DNA from: Halogeometricum borinquense DSM 11551
Lineage (GTDB): Archaea; Halobacteriota; Halobacteria; Halobacteriales; Haloferacaceae
Assembly (NCBI RefSeq): GCF_000172995.2
Contig: NC_014736.1
Coordinates: 1-32,000, forward strand
Direction: 5' to 3'
DNA length: 32,000 nt
Positions 17,853 through 26,894 of the stretch are shown one piece after another. The notes below the pieces were generated by a model, which did no database searches, was not told the DNA's origin, and worked only from the letters and a program-made list of their open reading frames with translations. Numbering within the stretch: position 1 is the stretch's first letter; each line of letters opens with the position of its first letter. A program made the position numbers and the translations under genes.

Positions 17853-18197
17853 ATGCCTCCCTCCCTCACACGGCGAGCGTTTATCGCCGCCAGCGTAGTC
17901 GCGCTCGCAGGATGCAACGACGGTGGCCAGCAGGCAGACGTACGTAGTCCATCAACCTCCGCAGAGGGCACACTCGTCGTCACTGAGAGTTCTCCCACGG
18001 CGGTCACGTCTGCGCCATCCGGATCGACGGAACAGACGCCGTCGAGTACGACACCATCTACACAGCCTGTTTTAGAGGTTGGTCGGGATGAGACGCAGAC
18101 AGCCAGCGATGCAGCATGGTACGACGGAATCGAATGGCACGATGGCGGCCAGCTCATCATCGAATCAGGAGCGGGCCTCGGTCTTACGGAGATATAA
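17853..18197 (+). CDS. Tat-lipoprotein leader plus Ser/Thr/Pro-rich linker protein (114 aa)
   Basis: MPPSLTRRAFIAASVVALAGCNDGG carries a twin-arginine motif and a lipobox Cys. A low-complexity S/T/P linker and a short C-terminal segment follow. The ORF ends at TAA 18195-18197, in the same frame as the next ORF. Confidence 0.6.
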   Translation: MPPSLTRRAFIAASVVALAGCNDGGQQADVRSPSTSAEGTLVVTESSPTAVTSAPSGSTEQTPSSTTPSTQPVLEVGRDETQTASDAAWYDGIEWHDGGQLIIESGAGLGLTEI

Positions 18198-18200
18198 CTC

Positions 18201-19871
18201 ATGGTAGATATTGAACTCAAGAACGAAGACGGGAAGATTGTCGGATACGATAGCAACGGAAATAAGATACCGATACGCTTTGGAGAGACAGAACACGACT
18301 CGGTCACTACAGAGGTATCTCACACGAAACAAGACCCCGTCGTCAACGTCAAAGCGTGGGGTGCCAAAGGAGATGGCTCGACGAACGACACACAGGCCAT
18401 CCGAGATGCACTATCGTATCTCAAAGAAGAGGGTGGCGGTCGTCTATTTTTCCCAGCCGGAACGTACGTTGTCTGCGAAAACTCGGGTCCGGAGAAAACG
18501 TTCGACTTAACAGACAAACCGAATCTAGAGATCTGCGGTGTCGGATACGCATCGCATATTAAAGCAAAAGATGGAGTCGCTGAGGGAGTTGATGCTGGAG
18601 TTGTCATCTTCCATGGTGGAGAAAACGCTGATATCCATGATTTACGGGTTGACGGTCGGCGTTCGACACAGGGAAAACTCTCCGGCAGTTCTGACGGAGG
18701 TAATTTCGTCCAACTGGGCGCGAACAGTACCTTGCATAACGTCTGGTCAGTCAACTCAACGGGGGATGGCGTCGAAACAGTTGGCGACGGTGTGAGTGTC
18801 TCGGATTGTCTCTTCCGCAATAATGAGAAACGGGATATCCATATTCGGGGCTCAAACACTAGTGTGAACGACAATTTATGTGAAAATTGTCAGGAAGGCT
18901 TCGCTATCAAAGTCGGTACGGCGACTACCGAGAAGGGGAACATATCAACGGTTGAGATCACAGACAACGTCATCGATAATCCCGTCACTGGCGGAATTAG
19001 TATCGGACAGAAGAGCGCATGGGCGACAGACGCGACAATCGTATCGAACCGGATCGTTGATTCGGGGGGCCACGGAATCCGCTCTGAGACCGCGGCCAAA
19101 GGCCTCGAAATTGCAGGCAATACCGTTGTGAAGTCTGCGAAGGACGGGATTCATGTGACTGTTACTGAGCGTTCTGCGGCCGACTGTATCCGACCACAAG
19201 TTACGAATAACACTGTCAGGGATTCAGGTAACTCTGGGATTGCCGTGTCTAATCTGACACAAGAGCGCGTGAGTGCCGCAGTGGCTTCGCCGCGAATCAA
19301 AGATAATGACGTGTTCGGGGCGGGACAAGCGGCGTGCCGAGTCTCGAACACTGACGACCCGCGCATCGACAGCAATACATTCGAAGGATCACAAAAGCAG
19401 GGTCTCCACGTTACATCTTCGGTTACACTCTCTCGAGTCCGAATCCGAGATAATGATATTATAGACAACAACCAGGCAGACTCGTCGTTTGATGGCATCA
19501 GAACCTATGCCGACAACGCGAGCATCAGCGCGCTCGTTATCCGGGGTAACGAGATTGACTCGGTTGGGGAGCCACAACATCAGAGGGGTATTAGCATTTG
19601 GGATGGGGCTGGCAGTTACTCGTCAGTACATCTGCGTGATAACACGGTGATGAATCAAACTGAAGTTGCGTACGGAATCTCTGAAAGTGATTGGTACAGT
19701 GTTGTTCGGGGTAACTACCCGTCTGAAGTCGTCGATGTGCGGTCTCTAACGGAGTACGAAGGAAATAAGGCGTATCACGATGGGTCGGGCGAAATGCCGT
19801 CTGGGCCTGCGTTTTACGACGTTTATGAGAAGAAGTGGACGTCTCTCGTTGACGGAACGACCTCCATCTAA
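18201..19871 (+). CDS. Right-handed parallel beta-helix (pectate-lyase-3 / tailspike-like) repeat protein
   Basis: ...VNVKAWGAKGDGSTNDTQAIRDALSYLKEEGGGRLFFPAGTYVV... is a Pectate_lyase_3-type N-cap. Many PbH1-like repeats follow (...NTVRDSGNSGIAV..., ...IRDNDIIDN..., ...IRGNEIDS...). I see no signal peptide. Local G+C is low. Confidence 0.75.
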   Translation: MVDIELKNEDGKIVGYDSNGNKIPIRFGETEHDSVTTEVSHTKQDPVVNVKAWGAKGDGSTNDTQAIRDALSYLKEEGGGRLFFPAGTYVVCENSGPEKTFDLTDKPNLEICGVGYASHIKAKDGVAEGVDAGVVIFHGGENADIHDLRVDGRRSTQGKLSGSSDGGNFVQLGANSTLHNVWSVNSTGDGVETVGDGVSVSDCLFRNNEKRDIHIRGSNTSVNDNLCENCQEGFAIKVGTATTEKGNISTVEITDNVIDNPVTGGISIGQKSAWATDATIVSNRIVDSGGHGIRSETAAKGLEIAGNTVVKSAKDGIHVTVTERSAADCIRPQVTNNTVRDSGNSGIAVSNLTQERVSAAVASPRIKDNDVFGAGQAACRVSNTDDPRIDSNTFEGSQKQGLHVTSSVTLSRVRIRDNDIIDNNQADSSFDGIRTYADNASISALVIRGNEIDSVGEPQHQRGISIWDGAGSYSSVHLRDNTVMNQTEVAYGISESDWYSVVRGNYPSEVVDVRSLTEYEGNKAYHDGSGEMPSGPAFYDVYEKKWTSLVDGTTSI

Positions 19872-20535
19872 CTTCCACGAGCGCTATTGTGGCGTGCGAA
19901 CAGATAGCCGAAGATTAGCATGCCAACGAAGCCGCCGCCAAGACTGACTCCGAGAAAGAGTACGTCACCGAAACCGTTCCCAAGGACGGTCACGTACGTA
20001 CAACTATCAGCCGACGATGCCGAAAAGACCGAACAATATCCCGTTCCTGGCAACAGCCACGAACTCCTTTCGTCTGTGGGGAATTGTTGGTCTCAGAAGT
20101 TTCCACACAGCTTGCGTTCACTAGTAGACTAGCTCCCTAACTTTCGACGGTCTGAGGGGATGTATAATCTGATGAAGGCGTCACAGACACACCAGTTTGA
20201 GAATAATGCAGTTCACACGGAACGCTCTACTGGTGTCGTATTCGACCCGCTCAGAAATCAACGACGGCGAGATATCCTATCGTATCCCACGAAAATCCTC
20301 ACGTCTGTTGAGGGAACTGACCAACCAGTTCGTGACTGGGACGAGGCGGCTGGCGACGACCACGTCCGAATTATGGCGCCCGTTCGAACAGACGGCCGAC
20401 AAATGAGGTGCTGGGCTTGCTCCCAAGACAGCGCACACCGACAAGGTGGGTGACGACCATCTCGTCAACAGTGAGATGGGGCGTGAGCCAAGATACAGAC
20501 GCAACCGACGACGAATCCACAGGTCCTACCATTCC

Positions 20536-20895
20536 ATGTCCAACGACTTTGATACAGTGACGAGCCGTTCCGAACTTCATGCCCACCCTTACCGCCGCCG
20601 ACTGCTGATCTGCCTTGACCGCCATATAACCCTCTCGGTAGCCGATATTGCGGACGAATTGGCAGTTTGGGCTCGTGCCTGTCCACTTAGTGAAATACCT
20701 GCCGAGGACGTGAAGGACATCTATATGGAACTGTATCACACGCATCTCCCGAAACTAAAGCGTGCCAACGTCATCGTGTACGACCAGGAACGCGATCTCG
20801 TTTCGCTGCCAGGATACGGTGCTGATGCAGTAGCCGACCTCCGAATCGTTGATGAGCAGGATACAGACGGATCTGACGATACTGTCCGTTCCTGA
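20536..20895 (+). CDS. DUF7344-type winged-helix (ArsR-like) protein
   Basis: ...HPYRRRLLICLDRHITLSVADIADELAVWA...DIYMELYHTHLPKLKRANVIVYDQERDLVSL... is the characteristic haloarchaeal RRR..L / LYH.HLPKL pattern. I trimmed the start to MSNDFDTV (ATG at 20536). Confidence 0.7.
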   Translation: MSNDFDTVTSRSELHAHPYRRRLLICLDRHITLSVADIADELAVWARACPLSEIPAEDVKDIYMELYHTHLPKLKRANVIVYDQERDLVSLPGYGADAVADLRIVDEQDTDGSDDTVRS

Positions 20896-20987
20896 CGAAA
20901 CTAGCCGGGATACCTGAGCGTCGTATTCCGAGTCCCGTCCCTGACGGCGTCCAATGATTGATTGAGTTTGCAGACATTGTTTCACTG

Positions 20988-21104
20988 ATGTTCGACAACA
21001 TACTCGTTCCGACTGATGGAAGCACGTGTGCCGAGATGGCAACCGAGTACGCCACGGACCTGGCATCTCGGTACGGGGCGACTGTTCACGTGCTGTGCGT
21101 TGCT
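20988..21104 (+). pseudogene. Universal stress protein, N-terminal fragment only
   Basis: MFDNILVPTDGSTCAEMATEYATDLASRYGATVHVLCVA is a canonical UspA N-terminus. Similarity then stops, and the frame terminates 13 codons later (21144-21146). Confidence 0.6.
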
Positions 21105-21345
21105 CGGATGGTGGGAAGTAGCTATCGGTGTCGCAATGCTCTATAAGCCGTTTGTCCGGGTCGCTCTCTTCTTGCTCCTGCTCCGGATACCAGGAACGGT
21201 CTTGGCGTTCGTACTCCTTCCCGACGTGACCTTCATCGAGTTCCCACTGATCCCTACCCCAGAAGGACAGTACTTACTGAAGGATCTCGTGCTGTTTTTC
21301 GCTGCGATGGCAATCGGCGGATCCATCCGACACGAGTATTCGTGA
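21100..21345 (+). pseudogene. DUF417/YkgB-like (DoxX-superfamily) membrane protein, C-terminal fragment
   Basis: This is a different frame from the USP fragment: ...LLGWWEVAIGVAMLYKPFVRVALFLLLLRIPGTVLAFVLLPDVTFIEFPLIPTPEGQYLLKDLVLFFAAMAIGGSIRH. It resembles the C-terminal half of YkgB-type proteins (FP.LS..G..LLKD...). It has no plausible start or N-terminal half. Confidence 0.45.
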
Positions 21346-21464
21346 GGGTATTCGTACTGATAGAACTACGACGTTCGTTTTGTGACCAAAACAACTTATT
21401 ACTGATGTCGTCGCCTCCGGACACCCGGCGTGGTATATTTGTGCCCCGCCCACGGAGAGAACGT

Positions 21465-21896
21465 ATGCCTCCCTCCCACGTACTCGTTCCGCTGGACGGA
21501 TCGCCGCTGGCAGATGAGGCGCTGGCCCACGCTATCGACACGTTCGACTGCCCGGTGACAGTATTAAACGTCGTGACCCCCCTCGACAGTTCGATGAGTG
21601 AGGGAGGAATCGTCGGCAACGACGAGTCCCGACGCGAAGCCGCACACGAGCGCGCGAACGAACTCATCGAGACCGCGCGACGACGAGCCGCCGAGTCTGG
21701 CCGAAACCTCGATACGGCCGTTGAGATGGGTGAACCCGCCGAAACCATCCTCGAGTACGTCGATGACCACGATGTCGACCACATAATCATGGGCGGTCAC
21801 GGCGGGTCGCAGAGTGAACTCGTCAGTCGCCTTCTCGGGACAGTCGCCACGACGGTCGTCAGCGAGGCGCCGGTGACAGTGACCGTCGTTCGGTGA
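21465..21896 (+). CDS. Universal stress protein (UspA family)
   Basis: MPPSHVLVPLDGSPLADEALAHAI...DHIIMGGHGGSQSELVSRLLGTVATTVVSEAPVTVTVVR includes a G-2x-G-9x-G(S/T)-type ATP-binding C-terminus. I trimmed the start to the ATG at 21465. Confidence 0.85.
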   Translation: MPPSHVLVPLDGSPLADEALAHAIDTFDCPVTVLNVVTPLDSSMSEGGIVGNDESRREAAHERANELIETARRRAAESGRNLDTAVEMGEPAETILEYVDDHDVDHIIMGGHGGSQSELVSRLLGTVATTVVSEAPVTVTVVR

Positions 21897-21899
21897 TGA

Positions 21900-23105
21900 T
21901 TACACGCCGAGAAGTGATGCGAACACCCGGTAGATCCCAAATCCGATGGCGACTGATGTGACGAGTGTGAAGAGCCAGAACGCTAGTGTGACTCCGATTT
22001 TTCTCCGAGAGACACCTGCCGACCCCCCTGCGAGTCCGCCTCCAATAACCCCCGAGATGATGATATTATTGAACGAGATGGGGATGCCGAGTTCGATGGC
22101 GAGTTGTGCGATAATAAATCCCGGGACGAGCGCTGCGATAGAGCGACGAATACCGAGTTGGGCGTATTCTCGGGACGTTGCCTGGAGCAGCCGTGGGGCA
22201 CCCATCCACGCGCCGCCAAGGATGCCGATTGATCCGAGCGCCGAGAGGACGATTCCCGGTAGCCCGAGTTCGGTCCCGTAGAGGTTTTCGAGAGGCCCTG
22301 TGGCTAACCCGACCTGACTCCCGCCGCTAGAGAAGGCAACGACGCTTCCGAGCACGACCAAGAACGTCTTGACTCCTTTATCGACGGAGGCGATAGTCCG
22401 ACGACGGATATACTGGAAGCTACCGGCTCCGACCAGAACAGTCACAATAACAACTATGGGGTCAACACCGGCGATTGAGGGAGCCGGCATGACACCTGAA
22501 ACGAATCCAGCGAGAGAGTTCTGCTTGGCTCCTCCCGGAGCGGGAATGACACTCAGTCGAACGTTCGCGACGATACTCCCGACGATGCCAGCCAGCAGTG
22601 GCACTCCCACCGTCTCGGGAATGTCGTCCCGTCGTAGCAACGTGGCGGTGAGATACGCCAACGATCCGGAGACCGGGGGAACCAGCATCCAGAATATCGC
22701 AATGCGACGGTAGGTGGCTAACGCCGGCGTGCCGCCGAGCGACAACCCTACCCCGACCATCGCACCTGTTGTCGCAAATGCCGCCGGAACCGGATAGCCG
22801 GTGTACACGCCGAAAGCCATGAACGCCGTCGCAGTCAGGAGTCCTGCGGTCGCTGCCAGCGAGGTTATAGCGACGCCGTCGATGAGTCCTGCGCCCACCG
22901 TCTCAGAGATGCTGCCACCCTGTGCGAGCGCACCCAGTGCAGCGAGGATGCCGATGAGAAACGCGGCTCGCATCGTCGAGATCGCGTTCGCGCCGATTGC
23001 CGGTGCGAACGGGGGCGAGTTACTGTTGGCCCCAAGCGCCCACGCCGTACCAAGACTAGTGATCGTCGCGAGCAGGACCAAGATCCAGAACACACTTCCG
23101 GTCAT
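21900..23105 (-). CDS. PiT-family (PHO4) inorganic phosphate transporter
   Basis: Polytopic ORF with the PiT signature ...GANSNSPPFAPAIGANAIS... and a repeated half near the C-terminus. I trimmed the start to MTGSVFWILVLL (ATG at 23105). It is convergent with the USP gene, with 3 nt between the stops. Confidence 0.8.
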   Translation of the reverse strand: MTGSVFWILVLLATITSLGTAWALGANSNSPPFAPAIGANAISTMRAAFLIGILAALGALAQGGSISETVGAGLIDGVAITSLAATAGLLTATAFMAFGVYTGYPVPAAFATTGAMVGVGLSLGGTPALATYRRIAIFWMLVPPVSGSLAYLTATLLRRDDIPETVGVPLLAGIVGSIVANVRLSVIPAPGGAKQNSLAGFVSGVMPAPSIAGVDPIVVIVTVLVGAGSFQYIRRRTIASVDKGVKTFLVVLGSVVAFSSGGSQVGLATGPLENLYGTELGLPGIVLSALGSIGILGGAWMGAPRLLQATSREYAQLGIRRSIAALVPGFIIAQLAIELGIPISFNNIIISGVIGGGLAGGSAGVSRRKIGVTLAFWLFTLVTSVAIGFGIYRVFASLLGV

Positions 23106-23570
23106 CGACGGAGCCGTCTTACGAGACTGTGAAACGTCCGCGCACGCTGTCGGTTGGATGTTCGCTTCCGAGGGCCGTTCCGACTCCCGATCGCAATTAG
23201 TTCGGTCCCGGAGATATAGACCATCGTTCACATAACACATTGTGCGGGGAAAAGTACTCGCACAGTTCGTAGTGGTCGTGTTTCGAGTAGCTGACTCTGC
23301 GTAAAGCCGAGCGTTTCGGGCCAGCGCCTTTATCTGGTAAGTACCTTCTGCGAGAACTCTCCGGGTCACCTATCTATTGGGTTGATGTCACTCGACAGCT
23401 AGCGTCGGCAACTCACTTCCCTTTGGCAACTTTCGGAGGTTCGTAGTTGCGAGTACATACTATTGACCGTAGAAAATCAAATCTGAGTGAAACTCGTCTC
23501 CAACTGTGGAGCGATAGCGTGGCGAATAGCGACCCCGGAGATTTACGTATGCACATAAGAATCAGTCGCT

Positions 23571-24740
23571 ATGCCCGCCCATACGCGTCGCCAGGTCCTC
23601 ACAGCAGTTGGATCTGCGAGTGTTTCCCTTGCCGGCTGTCTTTCACAGTCTTCTCCATCCGAAGGTCTTGGGGATGTCACGGGAGCGTGGCCGATGGTCG
23701 GTCGAAACGCCGGGCATACTCGACAGGTCGCTGCGGGGCCAACCGATCCCGAGACTGTTTGGACAACCGAACTAGAGCAGGTTCGAGCCACCCAAACGCC
23801 CGCACTCGTTGATGGCCGTTTATACGTCCCGAGCAACGCTGTCTCCGACACGGCGCGCCACCGGTACCGAATCCACGCACTGAGCGCGGCGACTGGCGCC
23901 GAGCGCTGGCAGGTCCCGCTTCGGTCGGAACCGAACGCACCGCCCGCCGTAAGTGGGAACCAGATTATCGTTACAGCACGGCGGTCGCTTGAACAGGGCC
24001 GCATCGTTTGCTTCCAGAAGCGGGACGGTGACGAGGAGTGGCTCGTTGATGTTAACGCGAGACTCACAGCTCCTCCGACAGTCAACAATGGTATCGTCTA
24101 CATCCCGGACTGGCGCGGGCGTGTCCACGCGCTGTCGGTGTCCAACGGGTCCGTACTGTGGTCTCGTCTCGTAGACGCGAGTGAATCTGGGCGAACGTTC
24201 ACAGAACCGGTCGCCGTCAATAATGAGACGCTCTATCTTGGCTCGCAATCGGGCACCACTGGTATAGTCGCTCTCGACGCCACAACCGGCGAAACACGGT
24301 GGACGAAACCAACGCCTGCTGTGACTGGCGGTCCAGTCGTACACACGAACGGCATCATTGTACAAAGTCACCACCTCGTCATCGCGTTCGACGCCGATGG
24401 CACGTGTCGGTGGTCGTTCAACGCTCCCGGAGACGCTGTCAGACCAATTGCAGTCGATGACCGGCACGTGTACGTGTCTACCCGGAATGCGCTCTACGCA
24501 ATCGACTGGACGGGGGAGAAAGCCTGGGAGTATGAACCGTCGGGGACACAAGTCGGGATGCCGACAGTGGCCGGCGATACGGTACTCATTCGGGGGAGCA
24601 ACCATCTGACAGCGCTCTCCAGTGTAACTGGTGAAAAACAGTGGACGACGCATCCGGCGGTCAGTGGACGTGCAGTTGTGACTCCTGAAGCGATTTTCAT
24701 GTCCGCAGGTGGTGCTGTGATCGCACACGGTGCAACGTGA
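23571..24740 (+). CDS. PQQ-like (BamB-type) beta-propeller repeat lipoprotein
   Basis: Tat motif plus lipobox: MPAHTRRQVLTAVGSASVSLAGC. Repeated ...G.VYV...G.V.ALSA.TGE..W... blades run throughout, for example IHALSAATGAERWQ, VHALSVSNGSVLWS, IVALDATTGETRWT and LTALSSVTGEKQWT. Confidence 0.8.
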   Translation: MPAHTRRQVLTAVGSASVSLAGCLSQSSPSEGLGDVTGAWPMVGRNAGHTRQVAAGPTDPETVWTTELEQVRATQTPALVDGRLYVPSNAVSDTARHRYRIHALSAATGAERWQVPLRSEPNAPPAVSGNQIIVTARRSLEQGRIVCFQKRDGDEEWLVDVNARLTAPPTVNNGIVYIPDWRGRVHALSVSNGSVLWSRLVDASESGRTFTEPVAVNNETLYLGSQSGTTGIVALDATTGETRWTKPTPAVTGGPVVHTNGIIVQSHHLVIAFDADGTCRWSFNAPGDAVRPIAVDDRHVYVSTRNALYAIDWTGEKAWEYEPSGTQVGMPTVAGDTVLIRGSNHLTALSSVTGEKQWTTHPAVSGRAVVTPEAIFMSAGGAVIAHGAT

Positions 24741-24804
24741 GATCTCCCACTTCCCCTCCGACAGTGGTCGAATAGGGTAGCAACAAACCGACACCTAACA
24801 AGCT

Positions 24805-26721
24805 ATGTCAACGAACGACAGCACAAAGACATGCGCATACACAGCGACAAAAACGGAACCGGAGACCTGGCATGGGGAGAGTCGTTCCGAATGGAATCGG
24901 TCGGCTTCGACGTGGGACTGTCCGCATCCAGTCGCCAAACAGTCCCAACTGACTGCCGAGATGAACAGTGAACCGGAGTACTGCCTTTTCCATACCCACC
25001 CAGAAAAAATCAAGGACGGAGTTGAATCCAGGGCGTTCGTAACTACAATACAGCAAAGCGATGTTGAATCGGATGCCGTGGCACGACGAAAGAAGCAATT
25101 TATCGGTGCCACGTTTGGCTATCTCGAAATCGATGCAGCACTGAAAGAGCAAGACGAACACCGCCTGGGTGCCGATGATGACTACCCGATCGTATTTGAT
25201 CACGCCGTTTTCAAAGGTGGGCTGTCAGCACAGGACGTCGTCTTTCAACAGCCGATTCGTGCTTGCTACACACAGTTTGACTGCATTGATCGTTCTGAAA
25301 GCCATATTCCAGATCTCGGCGTCAGAAATAAATATGCAGTTGATTTTAATGGGGCCGAATTTGCTGGTAGGTACCACAAGGCATATGTTGGCGGTGCGAC
25401 GTATGAAGCAGTGAACTTTCGCCACGCAGAATTCACAAACGATGGAACTGTCCGATTTGGCGGTGCCGCAGTCACTGCCGACGGGCAAGTGCGATTTGAC
25501 GGCGTCACGTTTCGGACGGATGGTGGCGTCTCCTTTGCAGCAACCCGCTTCCAAAACGGAGAGTATATCGTTACCTTTCGAGGTAGTAGCTTCACCGGCG
25601 ACACCGTCTCATTTTCGAACTCCGAATTCCACGGCAGCGGAACGACGGAATTTACGGGCACTACTTTCAACACGCACGTACGGTTCACAGACGCTGAGTT
25701 CAATACGACCGGCGGTGTCTCGTTTATCAGTTGTCGATTTAGGGGAAACGCGGGCACCACACTGCGAGGCGCTTGATTTTATAACGACGGATCTGTTTCG
25801 TTTGATAACATTAGCTTTGTCGCGGACAACAAGACATGGTCTATATTCGGGATTGCGGTCTGTGAGGAGATACCCGAGAAAAACATTGATTTCCGAGAAA
25901 TTGAGATCGACAGCGAGTGTGAGATCTCCTTTGCGGGAGCGAATTTTATCGCACCTAGATCTGGCTGGGGCTGGACCAAACGCACTACGGTTACCAGTGC
26001 AGATTTCGCAGGTGTGGACCTGTCTGGGGCTGACTGTTCCGATGCAAACCTCACTGGAGTGAACCTCCGGAAGACGGATGTCTCGAGTGCTGACCTGAGA
26101 GATGCCACCGTACTGCCAGCGGTTTGTGACGGAGCTAACTTTGCGAAGTCAGTGATGAATACGGGAACTCGGGTCGGCATCGAACACCAACGCGCACTCT
26201 TCGGTCGGGGGGTCCGTCAGTGGGGTCGAGATGCAGAAGATCACGACCGCACCGCACGCGGCGTCCATGCACTCCGAGAAGCGGCTGCCGAGAATGGCTT
26301 GCGAGGGAAGGCTCGCCGTCTCCGACTCCGAGAACGGAAAGAACGCCGCAGAGAGGCAGGCCGTAGTTGTGTGGAACGGCCATTTGGGATGGCAACACTT
26401 CGGAATTGGACTTCCTGGCTCGGATCTTGGCTGGCATCATTTGGAACCGGCTATGGAATCAGTGTCACACGCCCTGCCTTCCTCATGATTGGTCTCATTG
26501 CTGTGTTTGCCCTGGTCTATCGTACGGTTCTCCCAACAGCCTTGGAAACGTTCGGTGAGGCAGTCGCGTTCAGCGCGAAAACATTCATTTTGGCTGGACT
26601 CGATAGCGCGTTTTCCGCGATGCCGCCCCTCGTTCAGGTGATCTATCTGATTGAGTATCTGTGTGGGAAAATATTCACCGTGTTGATCGGATATATTCTC
26701 GCAACTCGAGACAATCCGTGA
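24805..26721 (+). pseudogene. Cys/His N-terminal module + Phe/Gly repeat + pentapeptide-repeat + C-terminal membrane-domain protein, interrupted by one in-frame TGA (25774-25776)
   Basis: ORFs 24805..25776 and 26014..26721 are in the same frame. My translation of 25777-26013 in that frame is open: FYNDGSVSFDNISFVADNKTWSIFGIAVCEE...TSADFAGVDLSGADCSDANLTGVNL.... The F-x-x-x-G-x-V-x-F repeat continues straight across the stop (...FRGNAGTTLRGA*FYNDGSVSF...). The classical A(D/N)LXX repeats and 2-3 TM helices lie downstream. Confidence 0.7.
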
Positions 26722-26751
26722 TAGTAACCAGATTCTGCCTGTGAATCATAC

Positions 26752-26768
26752 TTTTGATCCGATCAAAA
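26752..26768. terminator. Palindromic hairpin between convergent genes (possible bidirectional terminator)
   Basis: ttttgatc-c-gatcaaaa is a perfect 8+8 palindrome with a T4/A4 run on each side. It lies about 30 nt after the pentapeptide-gene stop and about 125 nt after the ALDH stop. Confidence 0.4.
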
Positions 26769-26894
26769 CGCTGGAAAATCGTGACTTGACAGTCCCTCTC
26801 TCGTGGTACTCTAGGTGAGTATACTGTGTTCTCTTCTGGCCAGTCGCTTATGCGTAAATACCGGTGAGGATATCATGCTCCCCACCCGAATGCA

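Noticed and set aside
19868-20053. 61-aa minus-strand ORF with one hydrophobic segment (DVLFLGVSLGGGFVGMLIFGYLFA), convergent with and overlapping the beta-helix stop by 4 nt.
   Set aside because: It could be a small membrane protein. However, I saw no promoter or motif support, and the N-terminal half is not protein-like. This is too weak to call as a feature.
23820-24794. 324-aa minus-strand ORF antisense to the PQQ-propeller gene.
   Set aside because: Its non-acidic, Arg/Cys-rich composition is unlike the local proteome. The plus-strand frame has a Tat leader and repeated propeller blades.
25774-25776. The in-frame TGA read as selenocysteine.
   Set aside because: Halobacteria are not known to carry Sec machinery. 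I see no SECIS-like element to argue from, and the position is a variable, non-catalytic repeat residue. A nonsense mutation or readthrough is the more economical reading.
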